A DNA stretch of 64,000 bases from Candidatus Omnitrophota bacterium (GTDB taxonomy: Bacteria > Omnitrophota > Gorgyraeia > Gygaellales > Profunditerraquicolaceae): NCBI GenBank assembly GCA_026387315.1, contig JAPLLY010000008.1, positions 50,069-114,068 on the forward strand, written 5' to 3'. The notes under the pieces are model-generated. The model was not told the origin of the DNA, ran no database searches, and worked only from the letters and a program-made list of their open reading frames with translations. Made by a program: the position numbers and the translations under genes. How positions within the stretch are numbered: the stretch's first letter is position 1; each line of letters opens with the position of its first letter. Below, one piece after another: positions 17,745-25,643 of this stretch.

Positions 17745-17984
17745 TTATCTTTCTTCCGGGTCCACGTCGTCAAATTTTTCTAAAGAAATTTTACCGTCTT
17801 TTTTCATCAACAGCTCTACTTTTCGCTGCGCCTCGGTTAAGGCCAAAGAACAAGATTGCGCGATTTTAACCCCCTCTTCATATTTTTTAAGCGACTCGCC
17901 TAAAGTAATTTTTCCGCTGGAAAGATCCTCAACAATCTTCTGCAGCTTTTTTAAATCTTCCTCAAACACCGGTTTTTCTTTCAC
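17745..17984 (-). CDS. xseB: Exodeoxyribonuclease VII small subunit
   Basis: FEEDLKKLQKIVEDLSSGKITLGESLKKYEEGVKI. GTG start. Adjacent to xseA. Confidence 0.85.
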   Translation of the reverse strand: MKEKPVFEEDLKKLQKIVEDLSSGKITLGESLKKYEEGVKIAQSCSLALTEAQRKVELLMKKDGKISLEKFDDVDPEER

Positions 17985-18097
17985 CCCGCACCTTCTTTCT
18001 TATTTAATTCACCCCGCGCCTTTTGTTCATTTATTCTAACCCCCGCGCCTTTCTATATTTAAATATCCAGAAGGTGCGGGATTTAGAAGGTGCGGGG
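17982..18097. repeat. CCCCGC(A/G)CC(T)TTCT family: three forward and two reverse copies
   Basis: Forward copies at 17982-17996, 18010-18024 and 18039-18055. Reverse copies (AGAAGGTGCGGG) at 18069-18080 and 18085-18097. The outer copies overlap the xseB start codon and the last codons plus stop of xseA. Confidence 0.85.
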
Positions 18098-19303
18098 TTC
18101 ATCGCCAAATACCTCCAAAACGGCGCTAGTAAATGCGCCTTTATGTAAAACTGTTTTTAATTTATCCCCCGGTTTTAGCGCGCAGGCGTCTTTAAGGATT
18201 GCGCCTTGTGGTATAAGCACGCTTAAGCTATAACCGCGGGATAATATCGCTAGCGGGCTTAATGCTTCCAGCCTTTGAATTAACGCGCTGGAGCGCTGCG
18301 CCGCCAGCTCTAAAGCATGCCGCATATTGTAATTTAATCCGGAAAATAATTCATCTATTTGCTGCTGTTTTTCCAATAAATGATCATGCGGGCTTTTAAG
18401 CATATGCGTAAAAGCAGTAAGCCTGTTTTTTAAATCACTGATTGTATTGTTAATAGAAAAATCCAGTTGATACCTAAACCCTGCCAACTGGGCTAATAAG
18501 GCATTCTTTTTTTCCACAATCATCTTGGCTGCCGCTGATGGCGTCTCCACGAAAACATCCGCCGCTAAATCAGATAATGTAGTGTTAATCTGATGGCCTA
18601 CCGCGGAAATAACCGGCAGCCTGGAATTATAAATTGCCCGCGCCACAATCTCCTCATTAAAACTCCAGAGATCCTCAATGCTACCTCCCCCCCGGCTGAC
18701 AATAATTAAATCTAAATGCTTAAGGTTATTTAGGTCCGCTATTGCCCCAGCAATTTCACCGGCTGCCTGTTCACCCTGCACGCGCACAGAACGTAAGATC
18801 ACATCCACTCCCGAAGCGCCTTTCTTAAGAATCTGCAGAATATCACGTACTGCCGCCCCCGAACTCGAGGTAACTATCCCCACCGTAAAAGGCATTTGGG
18901 GCAGGGGCTTTTTATGGCCAGCGTCAAATAAGCCTTCTTGATCTAATTTTTTCTTTAATTGTTCAAAGGCTAATTGTTGCGCGCCGACTCCTTTGGGCTC
19001 AATCCTCTCGACAATAATCTGATACTGCCCGCGCGGCCCATACACATCAACTTTACCAAAACAAATAACCTTTAAACCATCCTCGAGCTTAAATTTTAGG
19101 CTCTTATTAGCATGAGCAAACATCGCCCCCAGAATAAGCGCCCCTTGATCTTTAAGTGAAAAATAAAAATGCCCGCTGGCAGCGGCTTTAAAGTTAGAGA
19201 TTTCCCCTTCCAGCCAAATCTCACCAACCTTTTCCTCAAGCAAACCCTTAATCACCTGAGTAATTTCAGAGACAGTGTAAATATGTTTACTTAGTTTCTG
19301 CAT
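18083..19303 (-). CDS. xseA: Exodeoxyribonuclease VII large subunit
   Basis: YTVSEITQVIKGLLEEKVGEIWLEGEISNFK (OB fold) followed by the catalytic region. Confidence 0.9.
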   Translation of the reverse strand: MQKLSKHIYTVSEITQVIKGLLEEKVGEIWLEGEISNFKAAASGHFYFSLKDQGALILGAMFAHANKSLKFKLEDGLKVICFGKVDVYGPRGQYQIIVERIEPKGVGAQQLAFEQLKKKLDQEGLFDAGHKKPLPQMPFTVGIVTSSSGAAVRDILQILKKGASGVDVILRSVRVQGEQAAGEIAGAIADLNNLKHLDLIIVSRGGGSIEDLWSFNEEIVARAIYNSRLPVISAVGHQINTTLSDLAADVFVETPSAAAKMIVEKKNALLAQLAGFRYQLDFSINNTISDLKNRLTAFTHMLKSPHDHLLEKQQQIDELFSGLNYNMRHALELAAQRSSALIQRLEALSPLAILSRGYSLSVLIPQGAILKDACALKPGDKLKTVLHKGAFTSAVLEVFGDEPRTF

Positions 19304-21110
19304 TGCTTATCTCTTTAAGCGGAGGTTTCTCTTCCGGCTTGACTTCAGCCTGCAAGGCTGTGCCTGCCTGCCGGTCAGGCAGGGTTGGGCTTTCGCTAGC
19401 CAAAGCCGGTTTCTTCTTAAAAACTAAAAGTTGAACTGAATAAGGGCTTAATTCCATTGTCTCAACATAACCCTGGTTAAAATCCAACTCTTTTTCTAAG
19501 CTTGGTTTAAATTCACAATTTCGGCCGCAGTTGCTATCCATCACATATTTACTCAGGACGTAAATATCTTTTAAGCCTTTTAAAGAAACCTTGATTTTAC
19601 GATTCATCGTGGAAAATTTATTGGCCAAACTATTTAATTCTATAGCGCGGCTAAGCATCCCTTTAGTTTTGACGCTTAGCCGCAAAGTAGCCAGGTTCAA
19701 CTGGCCGGCGAGGATCTTCTTCATTCGATCAGACTTAACTATGCTTAAAATTGCCTTTTGTTGGGCGCTATTTAAATAAACTATATTATGAGAAATATAA
19801 TTCATGGCCGCTTGCGGATCAATATAGTTGTAAATAAGCAAGGCCAGATAATCGGCTGACTTGGTAGAAATTACCCCCACAAATTCATCGTTAAATTTAA
19901 CCGTGAACAAATCCTGGCCCAACAGGCCGAGCATACGCCAGACATTATAATTAGCTTTAGCGTACCCCTTATTCTCCGGCCGGGCCAGATCAAATGAAAA
20001 AATACCCAAATTTCGAATTGCCCCGGCCTGGTTATCTCCAAAATCCTCAAGACAGAAATAGGTCTGATAATCTATTCCGGCTTCATACATGTTTTTAAGC
20101 CGCGCCGGTATATAACTAGCGGAGATATGCGCATTTTTAGCTCTTTCGGCTAAAATATTCGCGGAGCCGTCAAAGCTCCATTCGCTAATCAGCAATGGAA
20201 TATTACTATTGAATTTAAAATAAGTTAACCACTCGCGGATAAGCTCAACAAAAGGTTTATTATAAATTGTGTCCTGCTTTTCTTCTGCCGGATCACTGGA
20301 ATAGGCGTGCCAGGAAATAAAATCCAAGGGCAGCCGATAGCTATAGCAATATTTTATCAATTCATAAATCAGGCTGCGTTCAGGTGTTAGTATATTATTG
20401 GGCTCAATATTCCTAAACCAAGAACTGACCGAAGGCCCGCCTAAAGGTATATTGATTTTAGTTTCTTGACGCAGTTCTTTTACCGCCTCACCCACAATAC
20501 GGTAAAGATTAAAATACTCTGGTCGTCCCCCCAAAAAGAAATCTCCTAGATCCGGGGCATTCCAAACTTCATACCAAATATTATATTTTTTCTCACAACT
20601 AAGGTTGCGAATAGTATTCTTAACTAGTTCTTTGTATATTTTTAAATTATGAGGGGCGCTATTTTTATCCAACACTTCGCCTAAACCATCAGGGGTACCG
20701 AATAAATCTAGGATTACTGTCCCCCCGCTATCACTTATTTTTTTAATTATCTCTTCATAATTACTCAAGAGCTTCTGGTAGGAATCTTTGTCGTTAACTA
20801 GCTGTTGGATTTCCCAGAGATTATATTGAATACGGTAAAAATTACGGAAACCTAAATCCGCCTGCCAGGCAGCCAAGGCATCAGCCGAGCCTAGTGTTTG
20901 CGGCAAGGTTAAATCACGCTGCTTACCTCGGCCGCTTAAATCCACGCTTGATCTATATATTTTAGGAAGGTTGGCTACGGGAGAATTTAAATCTAAATTA
21001 AACTCTAACTCCTCTGGAATTTGAGCAAAAGAAGCCGCCAGTCCAAAGGACAAAGAAAGGATTAAAAATAACAAAACACCATGTAGAATAACCGGCAGTT
21101 TTTTAATCAT
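19287..21110 (-). CDS. Secreted TIM-barrel glycoside-hydrolase-like protein (clan GH-A-like), acid/base position substituted
   Basis: Signal peptide. WYEVWNAPD stands where GH-A enzymes carry WN-E-P. LLISEWSF is nucleophile-like. The family call is tentative. Confidence 0.4.
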   Translation of the reverse strand: MIKKLPVILHGVLLFLILSLSFGLAASFAQIPEELEFNLDLNSPVANLPKIYRSSVDLSGRGKQRDLTLPQTLGSADALAAWQADLGFRNFYRIQYNLWEIQQLVNDKDSYQKLLSNYEEIIKKISDSGGTVILDLFGTPDGLGEVLDKNSAPHNLKIYKELVKNTIRNLSCEKKYNIWYEVWNAPDLGDFFLGGRPEYFNLYRIVGEAVKELRQETKINIPLGGPSVSSWFRNIEPNNILTPERSLIYELIKYCYSYRLPLDFISWHAYSSDPAEEKQDTIYNKPFVELIREWLTYFKFNSNIPLLISEWSFDGSANILAERAKNAHISASYIPARLKNMYEAGIDYQTYFCLEDFGDNQAGAIRNLGIFSFDLARPENKGYAKANYNVWRMLGLLGQDLFTVKFNDEFVGVISTKSADYLALLIYNYIDPQAAMNYISHNIVYLNSAQQKAILSIVKSDRMKKILAGQLNLATLRLSVKTKGMLSRAIELNSLANKFSTMNRKIKVSLKGLKDIYVLSKYVMDSNCGRNCEFKPSLEKELDFNQGYVETMELSPYSVQLLVFKKKPALASESPTLPDRQAGTALQAEVKPEEKPPLKEISNAETK

Positions 21111-21890
21111 CTAAATTTTTTTCTGAATTCTTAAAATCGAGCGCGCCTTACCAGTGACCTCATCTATTTCTACAAGCGCGCCATGTAATTGGATGTTGCC
21201 TTCGGCAACTTGGAATCTAACCGGAATAGAGCTTAAGAAACGGGTAAGCACATCGTCCACCCTTCTACCAATCACCGAATCATAAGGGCCGGTCATACCC
21301 ACATCAGTTATATAGGCAGTACCTTGGGGAAGAATTTTTTCATCGGCAGTCTGAATATGCGTGTGTGTGCCAAAAATGGCGGAAACCTTGCCATCCAGAT
21401 ACCAGCCTAAAGCTATTTTTTCAGAGGTAGCTTCCGCGTGTATATCTACGATGATAATTTTAGTTTCTACTGCCAGTTCCTCAGCCGCCTTAAGCGCGGC
21501 CTTAAAAGGGCACTCCAGCGCCTCCATAAAAACCCGGCCATTAATATTAATCACCCCTACCTTAGCTCCATTTTGGGCTTTAAATACGCTTGCGCCGCGC
21601 CCGGGCGCTCCGCTGGGAAAATTCAGCGGGCGTAAAATTCTTTCCTCCTGGTTAATCAGCTCGAAAATCTCAGGCTTCTTCCAAATATGATCTCCGGAAG
21701 TAAGCACATCCGCTCCGGAAGCAAAAAGTTCAGCGGCCACCTTAGAAGTAATCCCTGAGCCGCCGGAGGAATTTTCGGCATTAGCAATTACAAAATCAAT
21801 TCCTAATTCCTGCTTAAGAGGGACAACTAGCCTTTTAATTGCCTCCCTGCCCGGGCTGCCAACAATATCTCCAATAAAAAGTATTTTCAT
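21111..21890 (-). CDS. ymdB: YmdB-type metallophosphoesterase (TIGR00282 family)
   Basis: MKILFIGDIVGSPGR..., GDHIWK, and conserved position downstream of rny. Confidence 0.85.
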   Translation of the reverse strand: MKILFIGDIVGSPGREAIKRLVVPLKQELGIDFVIANAENSSGGSGITSKVAAELFASGADVLTSGDHIWKKPEIFELINQEERILRPLNFPSGAPGRGASVFKAQNGAKVGVININGRVFMEALECPFKAALKAAEELAVETKIIIVDIHAEATSEKIALGWYLDGKVSAIFGTHTHIQTADEKILPQGTAYITDVGMTGPYDSVIGRRVDDVLTRFLSSIPVRFQVAEGNIQLHGALVEIDEVTGKARSILRIQKKI

Positions 21891-21950
21891 AGTTTTAATG
21901 AGCGCTTGGCTTACGAACGCGACAGCGTGAGTAAGTCAATGCGCGAATTA

Positions 21951-22004
21951 ACCCCGCACCAATTGTATATTTAGCTTTAAACTATGCTTCAATTGGTGCG
22001 GGGT
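21951..22004. repeat. 15-bp perfect hairpin ACCCCGCACCAATTG / CAATTGGTGCGGGGT
   Basis: Read directly. Lies between rny and ymdB. Shares the CCCCGCACC core with the 17982-18097 family and with 24402-24410. Confidence 0.8.
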
Positions 22005-22067
22005 AAGTTCGGACATTAAGTTACGTCGTAGCTAATTAGTAATCATCTCCGTAACTTAAGTCCTCAC

Positions 22068-23624
22068 TTACTTAGCATACTCAATCGTGCGTATCTCGCG
22101 GATTACTGTAACCTTGATCTGGCCGGGATACTCCATCCCCTCTTCAATCTTCTTACGTATATCCCTGCACATCGTCACCGCTTCATTATCGTTTATTTTC
22201 TCCGGCTGCACAATGACCCGGATCTCTCGCCCGGCCTGAATGGCAAAAGATTTTTCCACTCCCTTAAAAAGATTAGCAATTGACTCTAACTTATCCAAAC
22301 GCTTAACATATATCTCCAACGTTTCCCTTCTGGCCCCGGGGCGCGCGGCGCTAACCGCGTCAGCGGCGATGGCTAAAACCGCGTACATGCTCTGCGCGGG
22401 CGCCTCTTCATGATGCGATTCAACCGCGGTGACTACCTCGGCGCTTTCATTATATTTCTTGGCTAGATCCGCCCCCAACTTAGCGTGCGTACCTTCAACC
22501 TGATGATCCACGGCTTTACCAATATCATGCAAGAGCCCGATTCTTCGGCCAAGCTTAAAATCCAGGCCTAACTCTGAAGCCATAATTCCCAATAGAAAAG
22601 AAACTTCTTTGGAATGTTGCAAAGCATTCTGGCCATAGCTGGTGCGATACTTAAGCCGGCCCAAAAGCTTGATTATCTCCGGGTGCAAACCATTAATCCC
22701 TGCCTCAAAAGCAGCCCGCTCGCCTTCCTCGCGGATCTTCTCATCCATTTCTTTCTTGGTCTTTTCCACAATTTCTTCAATCCGCCCGGGATGAATTCTT
22801 CCATCAGAAATAAGCTTCTCTAAACTCAAACGGGCAATTTCCCGGCGCACAGCATCAAATCCGGACAAAGTAACCGCTCCGGGCGTATCATCAATAATCA
22901 CATCTACCCCGGTGGCCATCTCTAATGCCCGGATATTTCTTCCTTCCCTGCCGATGATCCGGCCCTTCATCTCATCATTAGGCAAGGTCACCACGCTGAC
23001 CGTTGATTCTACGGTATGTTCTGCCGCGCAGCGCTGAATAGCTAAGCTTAAAATTTCGCGGGCCTTCTTATCCGCGATACTGCGCACCTCTTCTTCCTGG
23101 CGCCTAATAAATACCGCCTTTTCATTATTTAATTCTTCATTCAAACGGCCCAGGAGGATTTGCTTGGCTTCCTCCGCGGATAAAGAAGAAATCTTCTGCA
23201 GGCGCTCTTTTTCCTCGGCAATTAAAGCATGCAATTGATTTTCTTTTGATTTTAAAGATTCTTCCTGCTTCTTAATATTATCATTGCGCGCCTCGATCTC
23301 TTTCTCTTTTTTTTCAACCAGATCAATCCGGCGGTCAATATTCTCTTCTTTTTGGGTTAATCTTTTTTCAAGATTGACAATCTCTAGCTTGCGATCTTTA
23401 ATCTCGCGCTCAAAATCCTGGCGCATACGATATAAAAGATCTTTAGCTTCTAACTCTGCTTCCCGGCGCTTATCCAAAACATCTTTTTTAGCTACCTCCA
23501 GGATATGCTCAGCTTGCAGTTCAGCGCTTTTTATTCTTTTCTCCGCGATATATTTTCTTAGGAAATAGCCGCAATACGCGGCAACCAGGGCAACGAATAT
23601 GGGTACCACTATGTTAAGAATCAT
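22068..23624 (-). CDS. rny: Ribonuclease Y
   Basis: N-terminal TM helix, coiled coil, KH domain ([15 protein letters not shown]), HD domain (LLHDIGKA). Confidence 0.9.
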   Translation of the reverse strand: MILNIVVPIFVALVAAYCGYFLRKYIAEKRIKSAELQAEHILEVAKKDVLDKRREAELEAKDLLYRMRQDFEREIKDRKLEIVNLEKRLTQKEENIDRRIDLVEKKEKEIEARNDNIKKQEESLKSKENQLHALIAEEKERLQKISSLSAEEAKQILLGRLNEELNNEKAVFIRRQEEEVRSIADKKAREILSLAIQRCAAEHTVESTVSVVTLPNDEMKGRIIGREGRNIRALEMATGVDVIIDDTPGAVTLSGFDAVRREIARLSLEKLISDGRIHPGRIEEIVEKTKKEMDEKIREEGERAAFEAGINGLHPEIIKLLGRLKYRTSYGQNALQHSKEVSFLLGIMASELGLDFKLGRRIGLLHDIGKAVDHQVEGTHAKLGADLAKKYNESAEVVTAVESHHEEAPAQSMYAVLAIAADAVSAARPGARRETLEIYVKRLDKLESIANLFKGVEKSFAIQAGREIRVIVQPEKINDNEAVTMCRDIRKKIEEGMEYPGQIKVTVIREIRTIEYAK

Positions 23625-23640
23625 TTCTCTTCCTCCCTCA

Positions 23641-23766
23641 TTTTTTCCCTGCCTCCGGCGCTTGGGGAAAAATGACCCCGAGCTCCCGCGAGGGGGAGAA
23701 TTTTTTCCCTGCCTCCGGGCCTCCGGCGCTTGGGGAAAAATGACCCCGAGCTCCCGCGAGGGGGAA
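23641..23766. repeat. Two tandem copies of a roughly 60-nt GC-rich repeat in the rny 5' leader
   Basis: TTTTTTCCCTGCCTCCGGCGCTTGGGGAAAAATGACCCCGAGCTCCCGCGAGGGGGA occurs twice, and the second copy carries a 7-nt internal duplication. The same unit occurs at 39750-39807. Confidence 0.9.
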
Positions 23767-23810
23767 ACATTACTTTACTTAGTTTTTAAGCCTTTTTAGG
23801 AGTACTACAG

Positions 23811-24374
23811 TTAGGAAAAGATAATTTTCTTGACGCTGACATCATAGCAGGTGGTGGGGACTAGGGGTAAGATTTGGAAATCAAAAGCCAAACCTATGGA
23901 AGGCGTATCTTCAGAAAGCGAACACAAGAAACGATCGTAGCAACCTTTACCGCGGCCCAAACGATTACCCTTTTTATCAAAAGCTAGGCCGGGGACAATA
24001 ACAAGATCCAGGTCCCCTGGTTTAACCTGAGTTCGCGCTACAGGCTCTAAAACACCATAAGGGCCTTTTTTTAATTTAGCGCGATCTTCTAATATGGCTG
24101 GCTGCATAGTTTCTTTATCTTTTCCGCAAACTGGCACGCATATAAGCTTGCCTATTTTTTTAGCTTCCCTAATCATACTTTCAGTATTTACTTCACCACC
24201 AAAAGCGATGTAAAACATCACTATCTTGGCCTTTTTAAAAACCTTATTCCTTAAAAGTTTATCTGTAATCAGCTTACTTTTTCGGCTTCGGTCTTCCTCC
24301 TTCTGTGTTTTTAATCTTAAAAGAATGTTACTCCGTATTTGAGCTTTTGTCAATGGTTCGACTTTGCTCACCAT
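23811..24374 (-). CDS. 5-formyltetrahydrofolate cyclo-ligase
   Basis: PYGVLEP..., DLVIVPGLAFDKKGNRLGRGKGCYDRFL. The start is placed at the ATG at 24374; the longer ORF reads through a palindromic repeat and overlaps iscU. Confidence 0.75.
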   Translation of the reverse strand: MVSKVEPLTKAQIRSNILLRLKTQKEEDRSRKSKLITDKLLRNKVFKKAKIVMFYIAFGGEVNTESMIREAKKIGKLICVPVCGKDKETMQPAILEDRAKLKKGPYGVLEPVARTQVKPGDLDLVIVPGLAFDKKGNRLGRGKGCYDRFLCSLSEDTPSIGLAFDFQILPLVPTTCYDVSVKKIIFS

Positions 24375-24417
24375 TGACCCTGAGCTAAGTCGAAGGGTCA
24401 ACCCCGCACCTTTTACT

Positions 24418-24834
24418 TTATTCATGCCCTTTGTCTTCAAGCGGGACAGGTAAACCTTGTTTTTTATAATAATCTTTTAATGCGGAACGTAAGGCCTCCT
24501 CCGCTAAAACCGAACAATGCATTTTAATTATGGGCAAGCCTCCTAATGCTTCTGCCACTGCCTGATTAGTAATCTTTAATGCTTCAGCGATACTCTTTCC
24601 TTTAACCATTTCCGTGACCATAGAACTGGTGGCTACTGCCGCGCCACATCCAAAAGTTTTGAATTTAATATCCACAATAATATTATTCTCTATTTTAAGA
24701 TACATTTTCATCACATCCCCGCAAATCGCGTTGCCGACGATGCCAACTCCGCTAGCATCCACGATTTCGCCAACATTACGCGGATTAGTAAAATGATCCA
24801 TAACTTTTTCGCTATAAGGCAATTGTCCAGTCAT
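24418..24834 (-). CDS. iscU: Fe-S cluster assembly scaffold (IscU/NifU N-terminal type)
   Basis: YSEKVMDHFTNPRNVG, GNAICGD, KTFGCGAAVATSS, MHCSVLAE. Confidence 0.8.
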   Translation of the reverse strand: MTGQLPYSEKVMDHFTNPRNVGEIVDASGVGIVGNAICGDVMKMYLKIENNIIVDIKFKTFGCGAAVATSSMVTEMVKGKSIAEALKITNQAVAEALGGLPIIKMHCSVLAEEALRSALKDYYKKQGLPVPLEDKGHE

Positions 24835-24835
24835 T

Positions 24836-25489
24836 TTATTTACACATTATCAATTGATGCGGTTTGCCTGACTTCTTAAAATCTTTGGGCTTACGAATTA
24901 CTCTTAATGATTCTAATTTCTTATTTTTTTCCAATTCCCTGTAAATTAACACCCAAGCGCAATCCTGCTGGTTATCTACTTCGCATTTGCCCTGATTTAC
25001 TCCGCCGCAAGGGCCGTTAAGCAGGCTCTTGGGGCATAGCGTAATCGGGCAAATTCCCGCAGTTTCATCTAAAACACATTCCGCGCACATCGAACATTTT
25101 TCAAAAAAATTACCTTGCGCGTCCATTACCGCGCCAAACAGGGTATCGCAAGCAGGCAAAACCGCTAAATTCAGGCGCTGATTATCTTTAAATGACGCAA
25201 CCCCTAAACCACAGGCTAAAATCAAAACTACCTCTGATTGAGCTAAAGCTTTTATATTTTTAGCTAACTCTGTTTTAAGTTTCGCGGCTACGCAAGGCGC
25301 GGACGGAATACATGAGCCGGTAATAACTTTACCCGCCGCCTCCAACTCCCGCTGCATTTTTGCAATCTCGGGTTGGCCCCCGCTCTTACAAGCGGTTGCG
25401 CACTCACCACAACCCACTAAGAATATTTTGTTATACTCTTTAAGGCTGGATAATAAATCCTTTAAAGGCTTTTGCTGGCTGATAATCAT
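24836..25489 (-). CDS. Cys-rich protein resembling the methylene-THF reductase C-terminal (MetV-like) domain
   Basis: GCGECATACKSGG..., CPITLCPKSLLNGPCGG. Assigned from memory of the Pfam MTHFR_C pattern. Confidence 0.5.
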   Translation of the reverse strand: MIISQQKPLKDLLSSLKEYNKIFLVGCGECATACKSGGQPEIAKMQRELEAAGKVITGSCIPSAPCVAAKLKTELAKNIKALAQSEVVLILACGLGVASFKDNQRLNLAVLPACDTLFGAVMDAQGNFFEKCSMCAECVLDETAGICPITLCPKSLLNGPCGGVNQGKCEVDNQQDCAWVLIYRELEKNKKLESLRVIRKPKDFKKSGKPHQLIMCK

Positions 25490-25535
25490 ATAAGAAATTT
25501 TAACACACTTTCAGGCCTATCTCAAGATAAATCAA

Positions 25536-25638
25536 GGGGACGGTTCTATTGTTCTTTAGAATCTAGGGGACGGTTCTATTGTTTATATATAAAAAATAGA
25601 ACCGTCCCCTTGTTTTTCGGAGAAAGAGAACCGTCCCC
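25536..25638. repeat. GGGGACGGTTCT hairpin family: two forward and two reverse copies (nested or alternative hairpins)
   Basis: Forward copies at 25536-25547 and 25566-25577. Reverse copies at 25598-25609 and 25627-25638. Begins 5 nt after the helicase stop codon. Confidence 0.9.
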
Positions 25639-25643
25639 TAGAT

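Noticed and set aside
23599-23799. Plus-strand ORF (…[25 protein letters not shown]…) and its look-alike at 39729-39917
   Set aside because: Both are read-throughs of the GC-rich leader repeat on the non-coding strand. Their similarity reflects the nucleotide repeat, not a protein family.
25536-25638. Repeated GGGGACGGTTCT units considered as a possible CRISPR array
   Set aside because: The copies are in inverted orientation and form hairpins. They are dispersed singly across five spacers, have no regular repeat-spacer periodicity, and no cas genes are present.
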